Assembly: GCA_951406725.2 (NCBI GenBank)
Contig: OX597822.1
Span: 5,208,001 to 5,272,000 of the forward strand
Source: Octopus vulgaris
Taxonomy: Eukaryota
Length of the DNA stretch: 64,000 nt
Direction of reading: 5' to 3'
Shown: positions 1-11,228 of the stretch, in pieces
How the letters are laid out: every line of letters begins with the position of its first letter
Position numbering within the stretch: the stretch's first letter is position 1
Position numbers and translations under genes: made by a program
Notes under the pieces: model-generated
Databases searched by the model: none
What the model saw: only the letters and a program-made list of their open reading frames with translations
Told to the model about the DNA's origin: nothing

Positions 1-11
1 TTCGATATTAT

Positions 12-1277
12 TTCCAATTTAGGTGCATGGCAGGTAATTTGGTTGGGAAGGAGTTAGTAGGTTACCATGAGCCAGCAGCTGACAGGTTCTTCATTTCAGT
101 GATTGAAATGGATGAAGGGTGAAATTAACCTTGATGGGATTTGAATCCAGAATGTAAAGAGCTGGAAAAATTACTGCAAAACATTGTCTGACACTCTTAC
201 ATGTCTACCAATCCAATGCTATGCTTTTTCAATGCTCACATGGATTGGAGGGAATTTGTTGAGGTAGATTTTCTGCAGCCAGATACACTTTCTGGTGCTT
301 TTACCTGTTTCCACTTAAGGTAATGTTCCCCCATGGCCAGACCTGTTCCCAGAGAAGCACGGAAATGAAGAACACTGCTTGCATGATGGTGGCAATCGGT
401 TACAACTATCAAACAGACTCAAGACAAAGAGACTACACATGCACAATGGGTTTCCTTCACTTTTTATCTACTGATCCATTCACAAGGCTTTGTTTGGCCT
501 GGGTCTATACTAGAAAACACTTGCCCAAGATGTTACAGTGAGACTGTACCTGAAATCAAGTGGATGGGAAGCAAACTACTTCCTACACAACCACACCTGT
601 ACCTTATCAACAATAATGATAATTGTTTCTGATATAGGCACAAGGCCAAAAATTTGGAGAAGGAGAGCAGACCCTAAATACTTGACAGGTACTTTATTTT
701 ATTGGGCCTAAATGGACAAAAAACAAAATTCTCCTCAAAAGGATTTGAGCTCAGAATGTAATGATCTAGAAGAAATGAAGAAATACATTTTGTCTGATGT
801 TCTAATGAATCTGTCAATCTACTACTCTTGACGATAATCAAAAGGTCTGAAATATGGGGAAGGGTATCAGTTGATTATGTCAATCTTAACACCTGACTGG
901 GACTGACTTATCTTCTGGAGCCCCAGAAGAGTGAAAGGCAAAGTCAACCTTGGCAAGATTTGAACCCAAAAAATAAATAGTTGCAATTAAATACTACAAG
1001 GAACTTTGTCTGCTGATGAACTGATTCAAGTAATCTGCCATCCTATTAATAATGGTTTCAAATTTTGGCACAAGGCCAGCAAGTTTGGCAGGGGTGGGGG
1101 TAAGTCGATTAGATTGGCCTCGGTGTTTAACTGGTACTTATTTTAAGACCTTGAAATGATGAAAAGCAAAGTCAGCCTCAGCAGAATTTGAACTCAGAAC
1201 ATAAAGGCAGATGAAATGCCACTATACATTTTGCCTGATGAACTAACAATTCTGCCAGTTTATTGCCTTTACTATCC

Positions 1278-1320
<43 letters not shown>

Positions 1321-1530
1321 GATAATCCTTCCTACTAAAGGCACAAGGCCTGAAATTTGGAAAGAGGGGACTTGTAGATTACATCAACCCCAGTGTTTCA
1401 ATGGTACTCAATTTATGGACCCCAAAAAGCAAAGTTGACTTCGGTGAAATTTGAACTCAGAATGTAGCAGCAAACAAAATACCACTAAGTATTTTGCCTG
1501 GCATGCTAACGATTCTGCCAGCTCACCATC

Positions 1531-1569
<39 letters not shown>

Positions 1570-2080
1570 TAATAATAATGATGATAATAATGGTTTCAAG
1601 TTTTGGCATAGGGCTAGTAGTTTTGAAGGGATGGGAAATGACTTCAGTACTTGACTGGTTCTTATTTTCTAAACCCTGAAAGGATGAAAAACAAAGGTGG
1701 CCTTGTTGGAATTTGAACTCAGAACGTAAAGATGGATGAAATGCCACTAAGCATTTTACCAGGGGTCCTAACAGTTCTACTAGCTCACCACCTTGATAAT
1801 AATTGTAGAATGATTTCTAACATTGGCACAGGTGACTAATTTTGGAGGAGAGCCCACTTGATTGAAGTAACAGCAATACTTGAACAGCACTTATTTTATT
1901 GTTCCCAGAATGATAAAAAGCAGTCTACCTAAACAAAATTTAATATTCTATACATCAAGCGAACAACCAGCCATAATTTACAACTTGGCACCAGGCTCCA
2001 TGTTTTGTAGGCAGAGCTATCCATAAAATATTACTGGTAATTATTTAATCTAAATTAGAACCCAAACACAAAGAGTTAAT
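12..2080 (-). mobile_element. Head-to-tail cluster of ~8 copies of tRNA-derived 'SINE-A' (~200 bp) separated by (AAT)n
   Basis: The motif set GGCACAAGGCC..ACTGGTACTT..GATGAAAGGCAAAGTC..GAATTTGAACTCAGAA..GCATTTTGCC..TTCTGCCAG recurs at ~12-215, 625-828, 840-1045, 1052-1268, 1325-1532, 1590-1795, 1812-1945 and ~1980-2080. On the minus strand it reads A-box (TGGCAGAATCGTTAG) and B-box (GAGTTCAAATTC). Confidence 0.85.
228..604 (-). mobile_element. SINE-B2 (tRNA/CORE-like head plus RTE-type tail), degenerate
   Basis: Reverse complement of the SINE-B head (CACTTGCCCAAG, TCCATTCACAAGGCTTTG) at 455-604; body matches 29868-30310. Confidence 0.7.
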
Positions 2081-2636
2081 TAAATACTCTTAGCTTCAAA
2101 AATATGAAGCCAAAACCAGATGGTTTTTTTCCTTTCAAAAATGCTGAAGATATGGAAGCAATTACAATTTTGTCAGCATAAATGATAAGTTGCAATTCAT
2201 TTCAACCAATTAACATTATGTACATTCATATGCAATATAAAATTGCTTGTGGTCTTACATATACAAAATACAGCAGCACATGTTTTGCTATGTTCTGTAC
2301 TTTAGAGTGTTTTCAATAAATAATGTAATATAACTGAAAGAAAATATTCAAATGGACACGTAGTGTATGGAACAAAAATTGTATACATACATACATTTAT
2401 ATATATATATATATATATATATGGTAATGCATAAATGTTTAACACATGTGCTTTTGGTGGTAGACAGTGATTAAAACATTAACTGATACAGAGCTCAATA
2501 CAAAAAAATAGAGTTGCATTCTATCCTAAGTCTGAAAGAACCAGCAAGATAAGAGTAACTATTTGATATAAAAATGTGTGCATATTCATATATACAAATA
2601 GGTATGTATATACATGCACATGTGTATGTGTGTGTA

Positions 2637-2668
<32 letters not shown>

Positions 2669-2679
2669 TAAACTTAGAG

Positions 2680-3075
2680 TCAGAAAATGGTAACATCAGT
2701 TCCTTATTCCTCATGAGACTACAGAAGAAGAATTACTTAGCTAGGAATAAACCCTAATGTCTAGCATTCACTGACCTGAAGAATATGTTTGACAGGGTTA
2801 CTGACTTGTAACCTGGGACCACTAAAGAAAACAAAGGTCAACAAATGACATGTTAAGGTCATATAAGCTATGAACAGAGGTGAAGTCAATGAAGAATCTA
2901 ACATGAAGATAATGGTCCAGTTCTTAGCCATTTCCAATTTACTATATTCCTCCAAGCCATAACAAGGCCTTAAGACCAGCTATTTTTTGGAACCACTTTA
3001 TAATGATGACCAAGTTTGTAAAGCTGAATGTGGAGAAGATTTAGAGAAATTCCACATCTAACAACAAAAGTCTAG
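2680..3075 (+). pseudogene. Highly degenerate RTE-clade reverse transcriptase fragment
   Basis: Manual translation across stops and frameshifts gives FLMRLQKKNYLARNKP..AFTDLKNMFDRV..TIFLQAIT..LEPLYNDD..AECGEDLEKF. This is colinear with the RTE RT motifs (F.DLEKAFDRV; ELLYADD). Confidence 0.7.
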
Positions 3076-3109
3076 GATAAAATAAACTAAGCAAAGACTA
3101 AAATTTTTA

Positions 3110-3243
3110 TAATTAGGAAGAGCATCCAGCTATAAAAGTCATCCCAAAGCAAACATTGTAGCTTGATGCAGTCCTTGGACACATCTGTTCCTGGGAAATT
3201 GTCCAACCCATGCCAGTTTGGAACATGGATGTTAAATGACAAT
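3110..3243 (+). mobile_element. RTE 3'-UTR-type repeat fragment
   Basis: TAGGAAGAGCATCCAGCTATAAAA and GTCCAACCCATGCCAG..GGATGTTAAATGA match the 3' ends at 13150-13292 and 25830-25987. Confidence 0.65.
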
Positions 3244-5691
3244 AAAGACAAGACCCTTCTGCCATCAGGTGAATGGCATTGCTTACCAGCACCCATTTTT
3301 ATTGCTCTTTATTACTCTTTTCTAGTCCTAATTTATCCTGTCTCATAATCCTGTGTCCTTATTGCTCCCACTTCCCTGTCATACAGATTTTCTATTCTGT
3401 ACAACCTCCTTACCAAAAACCACTATGTAGCTGACCATCACTGTCTCTCAGCCATTATTATTTCCTCTATCACCTTTCAACACTTTCACTCTGTTTCCTC
3501 TCACGATCTCTCTTCTCTCTACTTTCAGTCAGATGTCTTAAATAGAATGAGGCAACAAAGGACAGGTAAATGCTTTTGGTCTTGCCAGGCACAAAACAAC
3601 CTCTCTAGTGCTGGTGTCATGAGAAAATACATCCAGTACATTCTATAAAGTGGGTGGCAAATGAATGGGGACATCACAGAAGTGTTTCTTCAGGCTTGTT
3701 GTGGACAACACACCAGGTACACTCTGTAAGGTGGTTGGCATTAGGTAGGGCTTCCAGACAAAGCTAAATATGGTGTATATGAGTGAGATACAATCTGTAG
3801 CTTTTCATAGGAGAGAAGTAGCTCCTAAGTTTTCAGAACCATGGATTTAAGCAGCACCAGTAGCTAGTAAAAATACTCAAAGTATAATTATGAATATACT
3901 GCATCCTTGAATATAGTATATTCTGCTTAAATATGTTTGTTCTCAACAAAAAAAATGGTGTGCAAGGAAGCAACAAGGAAAAAGAGATATATTTTTATAA
4001 CTAAATTCACAAGTGTCATTTCATAAATACAATAACCAATCACATACACAGGAACACTTGTGATAACTCACACACAGGTACAAACATGCTCTCTCTCTCA
4101 CACACACACACACTAACATGTCTTTTTGCACAGAACCTGCAGAAATGGTTATACTTAATGATTACAGTACATCGTTTACTCCACAAAAATGTCAATTGTA
4201 AATAATTTATGGAGAAAAATATCAAGAAAAATTACATCCACAACACCAAGCAAAGTGTGCACATGCGCGTTTCTATGTGCAGCACACAGATTAATGCAAG
4301 CAGTAAAACAAAATTTCGTTTGTAGGAAAAAAAAAACCCAAACAAAATAATTCCGATGTGAACATCTTTTAACATAGGCAGAATATGACAACCATATTAC
4401 AATGTAAATAATAGAACAGCATGAAACAAACCAGTCTCTTTACACACAAATACACATGCTCATGCATGCACACACAAGTGTGTGTATACATACACATATA
4501 TATATATATATATATATACATATATATATACATATATATATACATATATATACACACATACATATTATAGGTATGTAATAATGGTTTAGGTCTGTTTTCT
4601 CATACTAGCATGGATGTGATTATTTCTTCCTGGAGTTATTGGATGTCCTTCCTATAGTTAACCACTCAACCATGAAGCCAGAGAGAGAAGAGAAATCTGT
4701 TATTTTCAGTTGCATAAACTGGAGCAAACAGAGTTATGAGCTTTGCCCAGAGTGAAAACACAATAGCTATAGGAAGGATGTGAGTGTGTGCATGCACAAA
4801 TGCATGAGTGTATTTCAAGAAATATTCAATATATTCACTTCGGGATAGAGGCTGTTTGAGATACTCCAAAAAGTTGTTTCTATCTTTTCAATTTTACACA
4901 ATATGAATATAGTTAAAGAAATAAAAGAAAACAGAACGGAAACACCAACCACTAATACGAGTAAAAATAAAAATTATGTAAATAATAAAATAACCAGAAA
5001 AATAGCAACCACAAAAATATCATAAATAGCAACAAAAAGGTTCAAAGAAAAAACAATACAAATGGCACCAGAATATAATATATAGAGAGGATGACTGCTT
5101 TGGACTTAACGAAGCGGTGTATTGAAAGAGTTGCAGATAATATTGTTGCAGAACTAACCTCACTGTGAAAGCTTCCATACAAAATGCTGCAAACAGCAGT
5201 AATAAGTTGCCAGATCTAGTAGGATGCAATTGCAAGACTGACCACTTTCAATGAACTTTTCGTCTGCAAATACAACAACAAGTATTTTGCCATCACAGGA
5301 ATCTTACCAATACCCAACTAAGATTTGGATATGAATGTCAAATATAGATATTTTCTTTTGTTCATTTTTTTTTACTTTGGAGGGTGGTTAGTTAATTTTT
5401 TTTTTTTTTGTTGCAGGGGTGGGTGAGGATCCTGTTGTATTTATATATTTGTAATCCCAGGAATATATGACTTAGTTTTGAATTTTATTGAATTTCTTTT
5501 TTTTTTCTTTTATTTCTGTTAAATATTATCAACATTAAAATAAAACAGCAATAGCATTTTGCTCAAGTCATCTTCTACCAGATTTGAATCTTGCTCATCT
5601 GAGAAACTTCATATCAAATATCTTCATATCTTCCTCTTCAAACAGTAAATAGCAAGAAGGCAAAGAAGGTATAAATGAATGAATAAATGGA

Positions 5692-5724
<33 letters not shown>

Positions 5725-5769
5725 TATATATATATATATACACACACATATACATACACACATATATAT

Positions 5770-5807
<38 letters not shown>

Positions 5808-5844
5808 ATATGCAAGAATGTATATGAAGGATATTTTAGGAAAG

Positions 5845-5893
<49 letters not shown>
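5692..5893. repeat. Compound (TA)n/(CA)n microsatellite
   Basis: Direct reading. Confidence 0.95.
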
Positions 5894-5896
<3 letters not shown>

Positions 5897-6378
5897 GAGC
5901 TATGCAAGAATTATAAGATATTTTAGAAAGAAACATAAATTACATTGAGAAACTAAAATAAATATGTAGTATTTTCTAAAATAAACCAAAATAAACTAAT
6001 AAAATATAGGCAAAATAAAAATGAAACTAAATTAAAATAAACAAAATCAGTGTAAGTTTAAAATATTAATTTGTTTTCTGAGGTTTTTAGAATTTCATGC
6101 AAGGCAGGCATAAAGTCAACCTGTTAAAACAGTATAATTACTGGTACTCAGGCTTCAACACAAAATGATGCATACCCAAAACAGATAGAACAAATAAAAC
6201 ATTTAATCTGCATAGCTGCACAGTTATGTGGTTATATATGGCTACTAGTAAAACAAGGAGCTTACTTAGGGAAGACATGTCACTTCTATTGTCACAAAGA
6301 AAGAAAATGAAAAAGATTCAGTTATTTCTAATGGGATTGGAAATGAGGACTTCATGACACTGGCCAAGATCTCTAAAG

Positions 6379-6457
6379 CAGGGGTCGCCCAAACACCGGG
6401 CCATAGACCAGTACCAGCCCATGGATCATTTGGTACAGAGACACACAAAAAGAATAA

Positions 6458-6494
<37 letters not shown>

Positions 6495-6892
6495 TACTTC
6501 AATTTAATAGTAGTAGAAATAAAATGAATAATGTTCGATATAATTGCATTTGTATTATATATGCAATAATAACTGAGATGGCAAGCTGACAGAACTGTTC
6601 ATACACCAAACAAAATGTTAAGCATTTTGTTCATCTTTACATTCTGAGTTCTAATTCTGCTGTTGACCTTGCCTTTCATCCATTTGGAGTTGATTAAATA
6701 AGTAACAATCAAGTACAAGGATCGATGTAATTGACTTCCCCTTCCCTCAAACACTGCTGGCACTGTGCCAACATTTGAAACCATTCTTGGTGTAATAATT
6801 AAATAATTCACTTTATTTTTGTTATGAACATGATCCCCTGATCCATGGAAATAACTGTTTTGCATGATACCAGTCCATGGACCAAGACACTG
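6379..6892. mobile_element. hAT (Charlie-like) non-autonomous DNA transposon containing a SINE-A insertion
   Basis: Starts CAGGGGTCGCCCAA and ends CACTG. 8-bp TSD CTCTAAAG (6371-6378) / CTCTAAAT (6893-6900). Confidence 0.75.
6575..6785 (+). mobile_element. SINE-A nested in hAT element
   Basis: GGCAAGCTGACAGAA..TTCTGAGTTCTAATTCTGC..GCCTTTCATCC..ACATTTGAAACCATT. Confidence 0.8.
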
Positions 6893-7879
6893 CTCTAAAT
6901 TATATTTGTAACATGGTTCTCTAGTATCTCAAAAACACTCGTATTTAATTGAAGAGAAAAATTAACCGATTCAGCACTCAACAATACTGTGATATATTGC
7001 ATAGAAATTGGGGAGGTGAATGTGAAGAGACCGTGGACATGAACAGAACTTGTAAAAAACGAGAGAGAGAAATAAAAAAAAAACTAGCCAGATTTTCTAC
7101 TATTGATACCATTTTAGTAGCTTTTGCTTATTAACAACAAAAGAGTATCATCAAAGCACTAACAACAGTGGTAGTATGAGAGAAAAAAACAGAGTATGAA
7201 ATAGGAAATGTGTTTGTTGATTCTATTCGATTTAGTTGTAGTTTAAGCAAGAAATGATATATCCAAACCGATGAATATTTGTTCAAATTTTAATGTATGA
7301 TATAAAGGAGAAATGACAAGTACATAACTGTTTGGCAGCCGAAGGAGTGAAGATGTCCAAGAATAATCACGTTCTTTATTGATCCTCACTTCAGACAGAA
7401 AAAATTGGAAATATCTGAGACAGCCAACAGGAAATTGTATCTGCTTGTGTGTGGGCACATGTTTGTGCTAAACTTATATCTAATGGAGGGTACAGTTTCT
7501 GAGCAAAAGATAACAAAGGCACACTAAGTAGATTTGATGGACAACAGTCAATAGATTTTTATAGCAGTGATTATCTCTCTCTTAGCTCTGTCTTCCCATC
7601 GTTTCTTCTTCTCTTGAGAGAGAAAGAGAGGAGATAATGTTCACCTCTATAATAAGCTCAACCATGCCTAATCCTTATATTATTTGCTCAGGTGATAGAT
7701 TTTGTAACGTTACTGGTGTTAGACTGAACAGCTAAAACAAATACTACCATTGCAACTGTATTTTTCGTTAGTTAACATTAGAGAAGGTATTAAGGTGATG
7801 AGCCGGCAGAGCTATTTACATTTGTCCTCTTCTTGTTTGTAGTAAATAATGTACATAATTCCTCATCTCTTGAATATAG

Positions 7880-8085
7880 AACTGGCAGCATTGTTAGCAC
7901 ACTGGACAAAATGCTTTGCAGCTTTTTGTCCGTCTTTGCAGTCTGAGTTCAAACTCCACCAAGATGCACTTTGCCTTTTGTCCTTTCGGGGTCAATAAAA
8001 TAAGTACCAGTTAATAACTGATGATGATATAATTGACTTACTCCCTCCCTGAAATTGCTGGCCCTGTGTCAATATTTGAAAACAA
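7880..8085 (+). mobile_element. SINE-A
   Basis: CTGGCAGCATTGTTAGCAC..GAGTTCAAACTCCACC..CCTTTCGGGGTCAATAAAATAAGTACCAG. Confidence 0.8.
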
Positions 8086-8179
8086 TTGATCGTTCTGTAA
8101 AGATATGCTGAATTTAGAAAAATTCCTCACTCATGCTAGCATGCGCATACACTCAAGAGCGCACACATACACATATATA

Positions 8180-9512
8180 GGCACAAGCATGGCTGTATCG
8201 TAAGAAGTTTACTTCCTAATCACATGGTTCTGGGAACAGTCATACTGTGTGGTACCTTGAGCAAGTGGCATCTACTATAGGCACAGGCTGACCAAAACCA
8301 TGTGAGCGGATTTGTTAGATGGAAACTGAAAGAAGCTTGTCGTACATACATGTATATATATACACTCACACATACAGGGTGGCCAGAAGTCATGAAGGAG
8401 TTTCAATACTTAATAACTTTTTGAATAATTATCTAATTTTTATTATATTTCAGATTTATTTGAAGAAAACCCTAAAATTTAAGCATAGAAAAGTACACTA
8501 CTGAACAGTGAACATATATTGTGAAATTTTATTACCAAAACGAAGGATCAATAATTCAGATTCAATGAGCATATCATCGTCATTATGGAACAATGAATTG
8601 TCCAAGTGAACCAAAGTTCAGGCAATTTATTGGTTATTTTGAGGATCAAGGATCAGTAAGTAACCTTCCAAGAATAGGCAAACCTCACTATGTTAGAAAT
8701 GAAGCCATGGTCAGGTGTGTGAGGGAGAGTATTGAAGAAGACCCGACAGCATGATTGTGAAGACACTCTGGACAAGAAGGAGTCAGCATGACATCACTCC
8801 AACGAATTTTTTAAAAATGAACCTTTTTCCATATAAAATCCAGTTGGAAAGAATCAGATTATGCTGCTAGATTACAATATGCCACAAGATTCCAACAATT
8901 GGTAAGAGATGATCCATCTTGTTCTCCAGATCTAACCACTCCAGACTTTTTTCTATGGGGATATCTTAAGGAAAAAGTTTATGTCAACAAGTGACGAACA
9001 ACTGCAGATCTTAAAATTAACATAAGAACAGAAATAAGATCACTGGAGCCACAAGCATTAAGGGCTGTTATGGAAAACGCCTTAGAAAGAGAATGTTTAT
9101 GCAAATTGGAAAATGGATGCCATTTAAACGATGTCATCCTTCACAACCCCTTTTTCTATAACTTAACTACTAAAATATCAAAATTTTTAAACAAAATAAA
9201 TGAGGTATTAAATACTGAAATCCCTTCATAACTTCTGGGCCACCCGTATATGTGCATGCATGTGCATGTGTGTGTGTGTGTGCGGTGTGTCTTTATTTGT
9301 TTCACCACCACCACCATCACCATCACTTATTGGTAAATGGTGGTTGGTTTGTTTACATCCCTGCAACTTAGAAATTTGGCAAAAGCAACTGATAGAACAA
9401 GTATCAAGCCATAAAATAAAAGTGTTAGGGTCAATTTGTTCAGCTAAACCTTTTAAGGCAGTGCCCTAGCTGGGCCACATTCTAATATCTGAAACAAGTA
9501 AAAAACAAAAGA
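8180..9512 (+). mobile_element. SINE-B split by a mariner insertion in its internal microsatellite
   Basis: 5' half 8180-8374 and 3' half 9247-9512 both align by eye to the intact copy at 26937-27325. Confidence 0.8.
8375..9246 (+). mobile_element. Internally deleted Tc1/mariner-superfamily DNA transposon with a dead transposase
   Basis: Imperfect ~38-bp TIRs CAGGGTGGCCAGAAGTCATGAAGGAGTTTCAATACTTAATA / TATTAAATACTGAAATCCCTTCATAACTTCTGGGCCACCCG. TA TSDs at 8373-8374 and 9247-9248. Translation at ~8919-8991 is CSPDLTTPDFFLWGYLKEKVYVNK, the third-catalytic-residue motif. Confidence 0.9.
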
Positions 9513-9522
9513 TATCCTCAGC

Positions 9523-9826
9523 ATCATTATCACCATCATCCTTATTGTCATTTTAATACTCATTGACCCATGGTTGCATGGATCAGACAGAATTCTAAGA
9601 AGCAGATTTTCCATGGTTGAATTGTCTGCAGGTAAGCTGATATTTCGTGGTACTATATATGACAAGGTTTGCCCTTGAATTACAACTGCAATCCATTTAA
9701 TGGACTTTCACATACTTTCACCTACAAAATTTCACTCTGCCTTGCTCAAGAAGTTTTACAGTAGAACTGAACCTCTGACCACCGAATTGCAAGGGGAAAT
9801 TCTTAACCCCTTGGCTATGCCTGCAT
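9523..9826 (-). mobile_element. Degenerate SINE-B2
   Basis: (CAT)n tail on the plus strand, then a decayed reverse-complement SINE-B head (CTTGCTCAAG..ACTGAACC..TTCTTAACC..GCTATGCCTGC). Confidence 0.55.
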
Positions 9827-11177
9827 ACATACAGAACAATAATTAGACACTGAAATTTCACACTGTTGTAGCATAAAGAGTTAATGCGAAACTTTGAGCA
9901 ACGACAGTGTGAAATTTCAGTTTTCAATTTTTATCTCTATTAATTTTATTTCTTGTATTGCACACTCTTCAGTAAGGCATCGCTATAAGCAGAATGTAAC
10001 AAATTCAAATCTTGAGAAATCAGCATTTAAAAGTGTGCATTTCTATGATACGCTTACTTTAGCACTTTGTGCAACTAATTGAATTAACAGAACATTCCAA
10101 ACCATACATAACAATACACAATAACAAACTATTACTAACAGATTAAACGAATGAAGAACTGTTTGATTTGGTACAATTAAAGCATACAAGGAAAGAAAAC
10201 TAGATAAATGTGATGATTGTGTTTATTAAGAGTAAAAAAAGAAAATAAATAAATTAAGTAAACAAAGAAAAAGAAAAAGTGATCATGCAGAGTGATGTGA
10301 TTGAAGTTCAGTTTAATCTTTTGTAACATGACACTTGCAGAAAAATGTTAAATGTTTGTTATCGAATTTAGAGGTAAATTACACAACACTGGATGTCTAC
10401 TTTCAGCTAGACAGACTGAGCCTACCCAGAAATAAGTGTTTTGGCTATAGACACATTACAGGACCCACGATAGGAGAGGATCACCAAACAAATAAGCCGG
10501 TCGTTCGATACCCTTTCAGTTGAACCATCTGAAATCTCATTGCTTTTATTAGTGAATGGGAAGTTAAGACATTGAAGAATTTCCCAAAAGAATAAACGAC
10601 ATAAGGAAAACAGTCAGGGAATTGAGTAAGTTTGCAGTATAAATACAATAAACAAGCTTAACCCACACACTACTGTAGCAGCCCTCATAAAACATAAAAC
10701 ATAATAATAATAATAATAATAATTTCTAAATGATTGCAGATCTGTAACTGATAAAGAATCGAACAACTTATAGGATGTATATCAGCAAGGAAATCGGTTC
10801 AATTCCATAGTGAAAACAATGTAGGAAAAAATTGGCATCGATTTGAAAACTTTCCAGAAGTGTCTGTAAGAGTATACCCCATAAGAAAAAACATAAAGAT
10901 GAAGAAATAAAAAAAGTCATGCAAAATAGACTGAAAGCAAGTGTGCAGAAGATAATAGCCTCAGATAAGACACTAGATTACCAAAATGTTTTTTTCCATT
11001 GAAAGATGAGAATTTCAAGTGGCATATGATTTTGGGAAGAGTTCCTTGAACGTTTACCTCTTCTAAACATTTGCCAGCAGAGTGGTAAAGAAGAAAAGTA
11101 AAACAAAAATTCTTATCTTATAAAATGGATGAGAAATTTTTTTGCTAGCAAATCGGGTGTAAATACTGAAAAATACA

Positions 11178-11182
11178 GTGTG

Positions 11183-11225
<43 letters not shown>
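11178..11225. repeat. (GT)n microsatellite
   Basis: Direct reading. Confidence 0.95.

Positions 11226-11228
<3 letters not shown>

Noticed and set aside
12-2080. CRISPR-like or satellite reading of the regularly recurring motifs
   Set aside because: Units are ~200-bp diverged SINE copies also dispersed elsewhere; there are no short identical repeats with unique spacers and no cas genes, and the context is eukaryotic.
2813-2821. 9-nt minus-strand microexon candidate
   Set aside because: Lies inside the plus-strand RTE remnant and has a weak donor.
5091-5168. Protein-like short plus ORF MTALDLTKRCIERVADNIVAELTSL
   Set aside because: Only 25 codons, in-frame stop just upstream, and no splice or homology support.
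10395-10560. Minus-strand acceptor (CACTAAT..TTTCAG at ~10530) followed by DGSTERVSND..
   Set aside because: Only weak or ambiguous donors follow, so an exon cannot be defined.
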